From Octopus vulgaris (taxonomy: Eukaryota), in assembly GCA_951406725.2 (NCBI GenBank), contig OX597816.1:101618001-101682000 (forward strand): DNA of 64,000 nucleotides, given 5' to 3'. This document shows positions 1-12,560 of the stretch, one piece after another. The translations under genes were made by a program, and so were the position numbers. Numbering within the stretch: the first letter of the stretch is position 1; every line of letters starts with the position of its first letter. The notes under the pieces are model-generated. The model had not been told where the DNA came from. It did not search any database and saw only the letters and a program-made list of their open reading frames with translations.

Positions 1-106
1 AGAGAAGAGGAACTTTATTTTATACATCGTTGCTAAGTAAATATTTATTAAACATATGAATGGAAACATATTTACGCATACACGGTAGCTCAGAAAAGTA
101 GCTGTT

Positions 107-212
107 CATACATACATACATACATACATACATACATACATACATACATACATACATACATACATACATACATACATACATACATACATACATGCATGCA
201 TGCATACATGCA
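107..212. repeat. (TACA)n microsatellite
   Basis: Direct tandem CATA/TACA run. Confidence 0.95.
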
Positions 213-317
213 TGTATATTTGTATATTCTTGCGAAAACGTTAAACGCTCAATATACACCTGTGTTGGGAGTGTCTGTTATAATTAACTGTTAGTAAACC
301 GATTAACGCCTCATGTA

Positions 318-363
<46 letters not shown>

Positions 364-839
364 GCAGACCAGCAAAGAACCAAGAGCTAGACTACAGGCC
401 ACTCACTGACTCATGCCTTGGCGTTCAGATAGCCAGCCTGTAATTAATTTATGTACGTATTGTCTTAATATTCTAATTTACTTTATTGGTGTATGAAAGT
501 TATTTGCTTGTTTCGTGGGTGGTTTATAAATTAGTGCATAACATTACTTCCATCTGTTTGGCGAATTCTATTTACATTTCTTATACAATCCTGCGATGAA
601 TGTGGATTTTTTTTTAATAAGTTAAGTAAACACCATTTAGTGGACTTCCTTTTACCAAAACCAGAGCTTTAAAAAAAAATGCATTGCCGACCCAAAAAGA
701 AAAATTTTTTAAATGCATTTCTGACATTGAAATTAATGAAAGTGAAAAAAAAAAGGATATACGAGGAAATTTAACTGTGAACTTGATGAAATTTTTTACA
801 ACTTTTTATATGGAAGTATTTCTTATTTGTTGGTCGTGT

Positions 840-1060
840 CTTACATTTTTAAAAGAAAATACAGTGTGGAATTCTTTAAATTATCTAAATCCCCTGCACA
901 CTGCAATCGCCCGACACAAATATCTATTACCCATTTACAAGCATCCTCTAAAAGAATTTGGAAAAAAGTGGCTGTAATTGATGTAGCGCTGGACAAGCAG
1001 AAATCGCCTTATTAACAGACACTGTGAAGAACTTTTGAAAAACGAAAAGATCTTAAACTT
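840..1060 (+). mobile_element. Decayed hAT transposase C-terminal dimerisation-domain fragment
   Basis: Frameshifted pieces W..L..IARHKYLLP / ASSKRIW / SRNRL resemble the hAT motif 'lA.kyL..p.tSassER.FS....RnrL'. Confidence 0.45.
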
Positions 1061-2625
1061 TCAGGCAAAAATGAGTTATCTGAAAACAGCGGTAAATATA
1101 CTGAATAAGCATTATGTCTGATTTTGATGAAAAATAGCGAAGTCATTTTTAAATTCTACTTTTTTAAAGGTTGTCCTCAACTATTCAGCACGATTAAATC
1201 CAATCAATTACTGTTGTTGTTTGGACCAAATACACTCATATCACCATTCAATGAATGAAACTTATGTTTCCCTCAACTTTTATCTATTATATACTAGACA
1301 GATCATAGTCTTCGTCTTCGGTTTTCTCGATCCGAGTTGTTCCGCTTATATTTCGACTTCTAATATAGGCTAGCAGGTGATTGTTGAGGCCCAGATTGGA
1401 CTGACAGATTCAATAGCATTCTCAGTGCAGGAACATTGGTGGTTTTTCACTGATGTTAGCTAGTCTTCTCACCTCTCATCTGACATTTAATAAAGGCTTT
1501 TCCCACTCATCTCGAAAGAAAATCGTGAGAATATTAAAATGATCTTCAGCTCACATCAGATAAAATCTTATTCGGTTCTAATAAATGTACACCTGTTGCT
1601 GCAATTAGTTGTTGTCCCTCATCGAGAAAACATGCGATCAAATGTAATCTAGAATAACCAATTTGTTTGTTAATTTCCCCGTATATGGTATATCTTGAAC
1701 TACATTATCTAACATCGCTTCCTTTTGAAGATTGTATTCTTTGAAGGATTTTAGACTATTGTTTTTAGCATAACGTATATATAATATAAAATAAAAGCGC
1801 TTAGCCGTAATACGTATAAATACAAACTTATACATGCTTGAGGCATATTCGAACCTGTAAGAAAGCCATTCACTGTATTTTGTCATAGTACGATGACGGG
1901 AATATAACAGTAATAATAATATTGATTTCAATATCCTTCAAAGCATGCAATCTTTAAAAGAAAGTAATATTAGATAAAATTAGAAACCAATATTAATATA
2001 AAGAGCACGATGTTTACTCTTATTTTAATTTCATTCCTCGAGCAGAAACAGTCTTGAGAGGCAAACAATTTGCAGTTAGAAATTATCGCCCGACAAGGGA
2101 GAAAGACTGCGACTTGATTTCAATTGTCTCCAAGTCAGCTGACTACACTTTTAAAAACTTCTAATTTTCTTCTTCCTGTCAGCATATAGGATCTTTTGAC
2201 CTAGCAAAAATATAATCAGACTAAAGATGATGAAGATTGCTACTACTGAACACACACAAAAAGACCAGCTAAATTGCATTGTAGCATTTAGTTTAATATC
2301 TTATTTTCTAAGTAAAAATTCTGATGATGATGGCAATCAAATAAATTGTAATAATTTATTGAGAGTTCAATTGACTATAGAGAAAATATGTGCCAACGGG
2401 TTTTTATACTAAATTAATTCATTGTGATAATGTGACGGCGGAGATAATGACACATTAAAATTCCGGTCTGATAAATTACAGAAGTTGACAACCGTCTGGC
2501 TACTTTGATGAAGAGCTGGTACATACATATACACACAAACATATTCTCATGCATTCTGATTTATTTCAACTGTATGTTTGTATGTGGGTGTATATATACA
2601 GACACACATACATGCATACATACAT

Positions 2626-2658
<33 letters not shown>

Positions 2659-2757
2659 AATATATATAATATATATAATATATAATATATATAAATATAT
2701 GCATATATACATACATATATGTACATACCTACATATATATGTATATATACAAGCACA

Positions 2758-3690
2758 TATGGGTACAGGACATCAAAAGACGTTGAACACAAGGGAAACG
2801 AAAACATAAAAACAAAAACATAGAAACGAACTTTTTATCGAACAACGAAAAACAACAAACAGAGAAACGAGACATACAACATAAAGAATATTCCCCCTCT
2901 TCAGTTGTCCCTGTTTCATGTACTCCACTTTTCGAAGGCAAGGACAAGACGCGACTTCTTGAAACAATCCTTCCCGCAAAGCAAATTAAATAAAATTTGC
3001 GATTTTATGTAGAGGGTGAAAGTGGTAACAAGAACAGGCCAGTGAGAACAAAACAGTAAAAACAAAAAAAAAAGTGAAAACAGTAAAAGACAGAACAATG
3101 AGAACAAGACAGTAAAAACAAACGGTGTGGGCCGTTAAGTCAAGACGATGGAAAATTTATTCTGAACGTTTAGGAAGGCGAGCTTATGAAAGAGACAGTA
3201 TAAGCACGTTTAGTCTTTACAAAGGTTGTGGGTAGAAAGGTAGATTCTCTTTTGTCACGTGTCCGCAACGAGAGGGTCGAGGAGGAGGAGTGAGAGAGAG
3301 GGAACGGTGAAGGGGAGAGGAGAAGAATAGGGAAGGGTGGGAAAGAAGACCAGAAAGGATGAAGAACAAGAGGGGGGAGAGATAGACAGAGAAGAGATAG
3401 TAAAGATAGAAGAGTGCGCATCGTAATTATTAAGATAAAACTTACTTGGAAAAGGATGCGAGGCGTTCGATCATATTATATACGCCATGATAGATCGCTA
3501 GCTCCTACACGCATTTTTTCTCTCCTTGTTTCTCTCTTTTGTTTTTTTTTTCTGTGTATCTTTCTGTCGAAGAGCGTAGGCTCGAAACGTAAAATACTTT
3601 TTCTATTCCTGGGCGCTATACTAATACATTTGTTTGTTTGCACTCCACCTGCCTTCGTCTTTTGTTTATTTTCGTAAACTTTCCCTTTAT
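2758..3690. mobile_element. Penelope-like terminal-repeat (pLTR-type) remnant(s)
   Basis: The start ATGGGTACAGGA recurs at 21237; the end 3590-3690 resembles 10850-10970; hammerhead-like motif at 3556-3597; flanked by (TA)n. Confidence 0.45.
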
Positions 3691-3712
3691 ATATATATAT
3701 ATATATATATAT

Positions 3713-4045
3713 GGCGCAGCCATGGGTGTGTAGTAAGCAGCTTGCCTTTCATCCACATGGTACCAAATTCAGTCCCACTACGTAGCACCTTCGGCAAGTG
3801 TTTTCTACTATACTCTCGGGCCATGTATATATGTGTGTCTTTGTGCTTGTGTTTGTCTCCCAATCACCGCTTGACAATCGGTGTTGGTGTGTTTACGTCC
3901 CCGTAACCTAGCAGTTTGGCAATAGGTACTGATAGAATAAGTACTAGGCTTTAAAAAAAATATGTCCTTGGGTAGATTTGTTCGACTAAAACCCTTCAAG
4001 GCGGTACTCCAGCATGTCAAATGACTGAAACAAGTAAAATAAAAG
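3713..4045 (+). mobile_element. tRNA-derived SINE, family A (internally deleted)
   Basis: Head ...TCAGTCCCACTACGTAGCACCTTCGGCAAG and tail ...ATGACTGAAACAAGTAAAA shared with 21649, 23205, 54004 and 60190. Confidence 0.85.
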
Positions 4046-4494
4046 AATAAAAGAATATAGAGAGACAGAGGGGAGAAAGAGAGAGAGAGAGATAAAAAGA
4101 GAGATAGAATTAAGAAATAAGGATGAGAAATTCAAGGCATCAGTACATGCGTTTCAAAAGCGTGTTTATTTATTTCATAATGCATAATAAATTACATAAT
4201 ATTACATAATTTCACATTATTGCGTAACCACTTTATTTCCTCGGGAGTTATTCTGCTTTCCATCGGCGAAATTCGATCTTTGTCCCTGTTTGTCCATCCC
4301 CTCAGTAATATTTCCTATATCATTGACGCAGTCAGACGAGTAGTACCATGGAATATAAAGTCTTCGGATTTAAAAGTGCCGAAACTGCGCTTCTAGTCTC
4401 GATTTCCATGGTTGATAAGATCTGTTTCCTTGTATTTCTATTATTATTTATATATTCTATTTTTTATTATTTCACACACACACGGATAAAAAGG

Positions 4495-4689
<195 letters not shown>

Positions 4690-4744
4690 TTGTACGTATG
4701 TATGCATGTGTGTGTTCTCTTTCTAATTATTTAAATTCATCCTC

Positions 4745-5265
4745 TAAGGGAGAATCTGGTTTCTAACAAAGATACAAAGTTCTATCGCTGGAACGTAGAT
4801 AACAAAAATAATGCTATATTTTAAACTTGAGTAAAGTTTTGAATATCTTTACTTGTTGCACTAACAGATATTCGCAATGTGCATGTTAGTTGGTTGATTT
4901 CCTTTTCTGAAAACTCTAGCGTAACCAGATTGTCCCTTAGGCATTTACCCAAAAAACCAAATGCACCGATTATTTCTGATATAATTTTGAATTTATAATC
5001 TGGATATAGAAACTGGAAGTTTTGAAGCAGTTATTCATAGTTATTTTCTTTGTCTCTGATTTTCAAAGAAATATTCGCAATAGCAGAACAGCTGACTTAT
5101 AGGACGGTACATACTTTTCTTGTCTGTCCCAGACAACAATATCCGGCTTGTTGTGGTTAGACTTGACATCTGTTTTGATGGGAATGTTCCACCAGTACTC
5201 CTTGTGTTGACCTTTGTGTATATATCCAATAACAAGGGTATTTTGTATGAATATTTGTATGTATG
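4745..5265. repeat. Unclassified dispersed repeat, copy 1
   Basis: Colinear similarity with 8735-9200 (GGTTTCYAACAAA.ATACAA, AGTTTTG..TAT.TTT, TTTTCTGAAAA, GGTTTYGAAGCAGTT, AACAAYATCCGGCT). Confidence 0.65.
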
Positions 5266-5299
5266 TATGTATGTATGTATGTATGTATGTATCTATGTA

Positions 5300-5447
5300 T
5301 CATCTGGTGAGGAATTTCGCAACCACGCACTCTTGGGTTCAGCCTCACCACATGGCACTTTTAGTGTCTTTTCATATAGCCCTAGAAGAATCAATGCCTT
5401 GTGAGTGAAGTTGGCAAACTGAAATGATGTGGAAGTCCATCGTATAC

Positions 5448-5480
<33 letters not shown>

Positions 5481-5495
5481 TGTGCGTGTGTGTGC

Positions 5496-5539
<44 letters not shown>

Positions 5540-5705
5540 ACATTTGTCCTCCTACCACCTGATATCCAACACTGCTTTGTTTACGTCCTCGTAACTTAGT
5601 GACAGAATAAATACCAAATCAATTTGTTCGTCTAAACAATTCAACGTGGTACTGCAGTATAACCACAGTCCAATGAATGGAACAAATAAACGAATAAAAG
5701 AATAT
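5300..5705 (+). mobile_element. SINE family A, diverged, with internal (GT)n
   Basis: GCCTTGTGAGTG...AAACTGAAA and TTTACGTCCTCGTAACTTAG motifs of family A. Confidence 0.7.
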
Positions 5706-6049
5706 ACACAGAGAAAAAGGTTTGAGTCACTAAACGTGACGCATTTTCAAAATTCTTGATTATCAAAATATTCGTTTTTCTTTTTCTTCATTTATTTTAA
5801 TCGAGCCTTTTATTGTGTTTGCATATTTTTCATTAGCTTTCATGTTTATTCATTTTTAAAAATCAATATTGAATGCTTCTGGCATGATAATCTTCTACTT
5901 CTTTAATCGTTTTAGTTATATTGTTAGCAAGCTTTTACCACAACGCAACTTTGAATTTTAAATTATAGCATTCTTCAAGAACTGTTGCTAATAAAGTTTC
6001 ATTTGACAATTTTTAAATTATCCTTTGAATTAGTAATCTGCCATGAATT

Positions 6050-6500
6050 TTCCATTTGGTTCCAGCAGGAGATTGTTCAAACCAAATGAAAGTGCCCAAA
6101 TGCATGATCTTTGAGATGTTGGTTGGTATACTGCCGATCGCGAAAACAAGCGGCCGAAATGGGGTTCCTTCGAAGGATATCTGAAGGACTGTGACATGTC
6201 AGGGTGCGTAGCCCAGAGTTCAAGAAGTCTCTTCAGGTCGAGCCGTTTCTTCTTGGCATTGTGAGATCACATCTTCGGTACTAAGGACATGTGATTAGAA
6301 TATCACAGGAAAGAGTCGCAAGACGGATTCATCAAGTCCGGCCAACCGACAGGAGACCATAAATGAAACGGTGGGATAATATCGTTAGTTTCAGCTGGTC
6401 ATGCTTAGGGATCCAGCCAGAAAGTCTAATGATGGTTGCTTCTGATAAGACCTAATATAGGAAGTAGTGAGGATTCTACCCCAACATTGCCTCTCAGGAG
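6050..6500 (+). mobile_element. RTE-clade LINE 3' fragment
   Basis: Decayed frame KSLQVEP...RSHLRY*GHVIRISQERVARRIHQVRPTDRRP...RWDNI, the RTE C-terminal 'W.GHV.R....GRP..W' pattern. Confidence 0.7.
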
Positions 6501-6680
6501 TAATGCACAAAAATAATGGATTGATGAGAAAATATTACCATTCTGGAATATGCCGGCTGTTGTAGAAATGAAACAAGATGCTTTTGCATAATTTCTTCCT
6601 GATATGATTTTGTGAAACTATGTCTTGAGACAGATATTGTTATATTCTGGGGTGGTCATTTTTTATCAGAGAATGAGTAG

Positions 6681-7024
6681 CTCAAGACATTGATGATTTA
6701 TGAACTACACCTGTATCTTCATGATACCACTATCATATCTTTTTATTAGTTAAAGGCTATAGTATGTATCTTCTACGAGGAAGATTGCAAAACAAAATAT
6801 CAGAATTTTAAGTTTGTACCATTAAAACTCAATAAATTATCGTATGAACCATCTCAAGACATTGATGATTTATGAACTACACCTGTATCTTCATGATACC
6901 ACTATCATATCTTTTTATTAGTTAAAGGCTATAGTATGTATCTTCTACGAGGAAGATTGCAAAACAAAATATCAGAATTTTAAGTTTGTACCATTAAAAC
7001 TCAATAAATTATCGTATGAACCAT
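6681..7024. repeat. Perfect 172-bp tandem duplication
   Basis: 6681-6852 is repeated at 6853-7024 (CTCAAGACATTG...GAACCAT). Confidence 0.95.
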
Positions 7025-7234
7025 ATTTGCTTATCAAAAACTGGAGTTTGGATTTCAAGCATACATTTGTAGATAATAATAATTATGTTTGCATTTATGA
7101 GTCTATATCTGTTTATATATGTAAAAATAACCTTTACATTGTATAAAAATAAAAAGAATGTGTGTGCGTGCGTGCGTGTGTGTGTCTATGTGTGAATAAC
7201 TGTGTATATGCGCGTCTTCTAAAAACCTGTTCAT

Positions 7235-7880
7235 ACATTAGGTTACACATAGTTTCCTAATAACCTTCATTGAACTGAATATCAATATATAATTTTAAAA
7301 TAGGATAAAATTGTTATAAGAATTTATCAAGTAGTCAGCGTGAAAAACATCATAAGGGAAAAATTATAAATCATTCCTTTAATATATTTATTTATATTAA
7401 GGGCATTACTATACATAAATGCCTCACGCTACGAGGGACTCTTAAAGCCAAAACTACAATAATAAACACATTTTTACCGAACGCGAAGGAATGCAACTCT
7501 CGAAGCGAGCATCTTAAAAACAGATTCAGCCGCAGATCATATGATTTCATACTTAGTGCACAAAATTCACGTTTTAATCGTCAGTGCATACATACATACA
7601 TACATACATTAAAAACATCAAGACATTAAAAAATGAACAAAAAACTCAACATACCAGACGAACACCAAATGTATCCCGTATAGTACATAGAGTTGTTTAC
7701 TCATTATACATCTATATAAAAGGCGGGCTTTTTCGAATTGCATTTCTGTACACGTGTTTATTCAGAATAAATTCAGCACTGAATATATTCCGGTTAAATT
7801 TCCAATTTAAAAATAGGATAAAATTTTTATAAAAATTTATCAAGTAGTCAGCGTGAAAAACCTCATAAGGCAAAAATTAT

Positions 7881-7944
<64 letters not shown>

Positions 7945-8100
7945 TGACCTTGTTACATGTAAAATTTTACTTAATAAAAGAGTTAAATGCAAACATATGG
8001 ACAAATTTCTTTCGTTGAACGGGTGGACATCACCACCCTCTCCGAGGTAAGCTTGCAGTCTCACAAGCTTGAGCCGAAGGGATGCAACTCTTAAATTTTT
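7235..8100. repeat. Element remnant with ~75-bp direct repeats
   Basis: AAAATAGGATAAAATT...TCAAGTAGTCAGCGTGAAAAAC occurs at ~7297 and ~7810; ATGCAACTCT at 7491 and 8082. Confidence 0.5.
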
Positions 8101-8322
8101 TCATTCCTCTTTTTTTTTCCTCACATCCTTTCTCATGTTTTCTCAAAGACTAACGTCCTTTCTCGGTTCTTTCAAAAGAAAACAAGCTATGTTGTGCATC
8201 TGAGTCTGAAAAATTGCTTGCAAACTTACAACACGCTATACACATTATCATGTTGTCACATTATCGTTATTTTCACAACATGAAACTAATTGCAGCTTGA
8301 ATTTAAATCCTAAGTATATAAA

Positions 8323-8353
<31 letters not shown>

Positions 8354-8387
8354 TGTATGTATGTATGTATGTATGTATGTATGTATG

Positions 8388-8670
8388 TATGGCCTAGTTG
8401 TTAACATGTTGCACTGACGATCGCGAGATCCTGGTCTCAATTCCTGAATCAACTGGTGTGTTATGTTTTCGAGCAAAACACTTCATCTCACGTTGTTCTG
8501 TGATCAATTCGACCCATGACGAGTGATACTCTGTACACTCGTTCAGGCAACGTTGGTTTCATGGAAGGATTGAGCAGCACATAAGTTTGATCATTATAAG
8601 CAAATCATTTGTGCAGTTTGTTCAAAAAGGAGTTGCAGAACCGTCTTTCTCGGACTACGAAAGACTATCG
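8388..8670 (+). mobile_element. Diverged tRNA-headed SINE
   Basis: A-box-like TGGCCTAGTTG, B-box-like GGTCTCAATTCC, then GAGCAAAACACTTCATCTCACGTTG as in the CORE-like family. Confidence 0.6.
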
Positions 8671-8734
8671 TCATCATCACCATCATGTATGTATGTCTCT
8701 TTTATTTTTTAATTATTATAAATCTTCCACTGAA

Positions 8735-9200
8735 GAGGGAGCCGGTTTCCAACAAATATACAAGGCTCCATCTTTGGGATGTAGTTAACACAGACGAATT
8801 CTCATTTGGAACTTGAGAAAAGTTTTGCATATTTTTACAGTTCTACTCACAGATTGCTCTTGTAATGTACGAATTAGCCGGTCGATTTCTCTTTCTGAAA
8901 ATCCCAGTTTATCCAGATTCTCCTTTAAGCATTTATTAACAAAACCTAGTGTTCCAATTATTATCGGTATGAATATGAATTCATAGTCTGGCTATAGAAG
9001 CTGTAGGTTTCGAAGCAGTTGTCCATAGATATCCTCTTTTTCCTTGATTTTCAAAGAGATATTTATATTTGGAGGGAAGCTGACCTCTGTGATGGTATAT
9101 ATCTTTGCCCCTCTGTTCCAAACAATAATATCCGGCTGATATGTTTACATTTGGCAAAAGTTTTGAAAGGAATATGTATGCATGTATGTATGTATGTTTT
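8735..9200. repeat. Unclassified dispersed repeat, copy 2
   Basis: Similar to 4745-5265. Confidence 0.65.
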
Positions 9201-10764
9201 TGCACGTCACAATTTTATCTAGTGTGTGTATTCAGGAAACAAGGCAATGTGCTTTGAGGGAGATGTAGCTATTAATTTATTCCATCAAGCAACTGCTTAG
9301 AGGCTCCCACTTTGGCTCAGTGGAGGTGCATTTGTATATGCACGCCTTTGTGCTTGTGTTTGCACGTGAGTTTGTGTGAATGTATGTGTTGCGTGAGCAT
9401 GTGGTGAGTGTGTGTGTATATGTGTGGTCGTGTATAATTTCACCGAAATAGAATAATAAATCCCGTGTTATGGAACAATAGAAGACAATTGCCAGAAATG
9501 AGACTTATTTTAAATGTTTCATGTTTAAAAGCTGAATTTTTCAATCGGATACCAATTAATTAGTTCTTGCGCTCAGCTATTCGTTCTTTACAATCAAGAC
9601 TTAAATATATTTAGCCTTCACAAACCGCTCTTACATTCTGTGTGTGTATACGTTATAGTGTGGTGTGTGATGTACGTGTGCGTGTGCGTGTGTGTGCGCG
9701 CGAGCGTGTGCGTGTGTGTGTATATGTGTGTGCGCGTGTGTGTGTATATGTGTGTGCGCGTGTGTGTGTATATGTGTGTGCGCGTGTGTGTGTGTTAATT
9801 CATATCGAGAATATCTACGGTGGCATTCTTATATGTGACTGTGTGAATTTTTTGTTAGTTTACTTTTTGTTTAAACTGAATATAGAAATATTACCAAAAT
9901 AAATTATCTTTCTTCTCATTATATATTAATTAGTTTATTTATTTATTGTTACTAAAATATAATCCAAGGCCATTATATTAACCTCTAAATAACTGGGTCG
10001 TATTTCTCCGATGAAATAAATATTTAGAAAATAATCGTTCCAATTCTTGTGTCCTTTGTTATAGAAAAATTAACAATAGTTTTCTTCAAATAATTCCAAT
10101 ATTTCTGTGAGATTGTTTCTTTATTATTTGCGAAGTTTAAATATCCTATTTAAATATCCACATATTTTCCTTCCTTCGTTCTTTCTTCTTACTGTTAGAG
10201 TTTGTTTTGTTTTTGTTTTTTGTTTCTTCTTTTTTCTAGTTTCTTTCTATCTCAATCTGTTTGGTTTTTCATTTTGTTCTATTATCATTTTTACAAAATC
10301 TCTTCTCTCTTTATCAATTGATTAAAAGAAAGAGAATTTATTTTTAAAATAAGTTCGATTTACTTATTGTCCTTAGCTTCTACTGAGATTGAATCTAATG
10401 TTGCTCATAACTCTGTGTGTGTGTGTGTGCGTTCGTGTATATGTGCGTACATATATATAGAGAGAGGGGGGAGAGAGGGTAAGGATAAAGGAAGAAGGGG
10501 TGTCCTTGATATTTCGAAGTAGAGCAGAGATTCCTAATCCTTTTTGCAACAAGAACCGGTTTCGGATACAACAGCTTTCCCACAGCCGGAGGATGATACA
10601 CATAACAAAAAATGAAGAGCATTATGTGTAATTTAATTAGTACATACATATATTACATATATAATATATATTTAATGCAAAAACACCCAACAGACTGCGA
10701 TAATCAATAAAATAGAAATAAAATAGAAATAAAATTTTACAATTTATTCTTTCTATGCAGCCTA

Positions 10765-10821
10765 GTATCAAATGATCTGTGGTCCAGTACTGGCCCGCGG
10801 CTCGACGGCTGGGCACCCCTG
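10765..10821. mobile_element. hAT/Charlie-type MITE end
   Basis: Ends GGCCCGCGGCTCGACGGCTGGGCACCCCTG; its reverse complement resembles 54762-54830. Confidence 0.45.
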
Positions 10822-10961
10822 GTATACAGGATATGATTTGAGTGAAAAGTGAAATCCTCTTTCTTTTCTTTCCTTTCCTGAGCGTCCAATAACACTCTAC
10901 TTATTCTACGTCTTCGCATTGTTGTTTTTTGTTGTTGTTTTCTTGCTTGTTCATATTTGGA

Positions 10962-11031
<70 letters not shown>

Positions 11032-11033
<2 letters not shown>

Positions 11034-12560
11034 GGGGGGGTATTTGACTGGTGATCTAAACGAATAGGTACGTTGTGTAAGTGCTATAATTGGTCATCCG
11101 TTAGGTTCCAAGTTCACAGCTGCGGCTAGAGCTAGAGATCCGTCGTAGGTTTCCGAGTTGGCAGGTATATATTAGAGGAAACGACAACAAAAAACAAGGC
11201 AGGACGAGAATCTCAAGTCATTTAGAGTATTTGATTAGAGTAAGGTGAATTTGAAGTAATTAATCAATCAATTAGTTAATTAATTAATTATTGGATGTCT
11301 TACAGCTGTTTCTAAGATATCCCAAGTGATAGGTTAGCATCTATATACACTGGATACTCCGTCATAAGAAACAAGGTGAGTACGTATGAAAATTCTTGAT
11401 AGGGACTTCACAGTTTCTAGAGGAATAAAATAGTAGATAGAAGAATAAAGAGTAAAACAGTAGATAGAAGAATACAGACAGGAGAATAAAGTTCACAGCT
11501 CATTTCTTCCAGAGGATATGGAGATTGGTCTGTACTTCCGTGAAGGTATAGCTGCTTAAGTATAATCCCAGGCAGTATTTTGAATGTTGCGTTCATGTTG
11601 AAGGAATAAATTAAGTGGTCAGCTAGTATGAAAATGGTCCGCGTGGGTATATAGAGTGAGAAAGACAGACATTATGATAGACAAATATGGGTTGTGAGTG
11701 AGTGAATAGATGAGAGAAGAAAGAGAGAAAAGAAAGGAATGGGATAGGTGCAAGAAAGAATGAATGAGAACGAAAGTAAAAAATAAAAAATAAAGATAAA
11801 AGATAAGATACCAGTATTATTCTTCGTTAGGGTCGGTTCTGGAATTGAGGTCAGGCGTTAAGGTTTTGGTAAAGTGGAGGAGGAGGCAGTTATGGCTCTT
11901 AAATAGAATTCTAGTTTCGGTGTGATCAGAAAGAATATTTAAGTCAGCGGTAATTTCTAGGACACTTATGCTGATAGATGAAAGAAAAGAAATACGTACG
12001 TATATTGTAACGATCGTGGATGTACATGGCAAGTGTTATGTGTGTTGATTTTACTTGCATTTAGACCTATGGAAGAATCTAAAGGTACGATAGGACTTAT
12101 GTTTACATGTAGAGAATACTTCGTGATGTTTATCGAGTAAATGGGGTGAATCATGAATTGATATTTGGAGGGCTTCCTTCAGGCAGAGTTCACACACGGA
12201 GCACTGGCCTTGGTATGGGACACAAGAATCTATTATGATCCAGGATATCCTATATGGTATTTTCCTATATCAGATAGTGTATGTCGATTTGCTATGTTCC
12301 TCATATTTAAATGAGTTCAGATGTGCAGAATATCTCTGTTTAAAATTAATAGTAGACTTGATGTAATGGCCAGTAGAAATGTGCAATATGTTGCAGACAA
12401 TGCATTTATATACCATGTTAAACCTTCTGCAAGGGGCTTGCAGTGGGTATTCGGTCACAGATCGGCAGTTACAGCTATATGTCTTATGTGGGTTAGTTGT
12501 GGAAAGGGAGGATGATTGTACTATTTATGGACAAGTTAAAGTATTAGGGGATTGACTCGT
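11032..12560 (-). mobile_element. Penelope-like element 3' part: GIY-YIG endonuclease remnant plus terminal repeat
   Basis: ORF 12270-12458 YPLQAPCRRFNMVYKCIV...HYIKSTINFKQRYSAHLNSFKYEEHSKST continues as W.II..C.PY...C.LCLKE...LLDK..E..STCKH, matching the PLE GIY-YIG pattern. Hammerhead at 11296-11373; end shared with 20440. Confidence 0.8.
11296..11373 (-). ncRNA. Degenerate minimal type I hammerhead ribozyme
   Basis: Minus strand reads TGTTT-CTTATGA-stem II-GAAA-CAGCTG-TA-AGACA: palindromic stem III, one core mutation. Confidence 0.55.

Noticed and set aside
1638-1931. 97-aa ORF, possibly a LINE C-terminus
   Set aside because: Only the EYASS motif is suggestive; insufficient to call.
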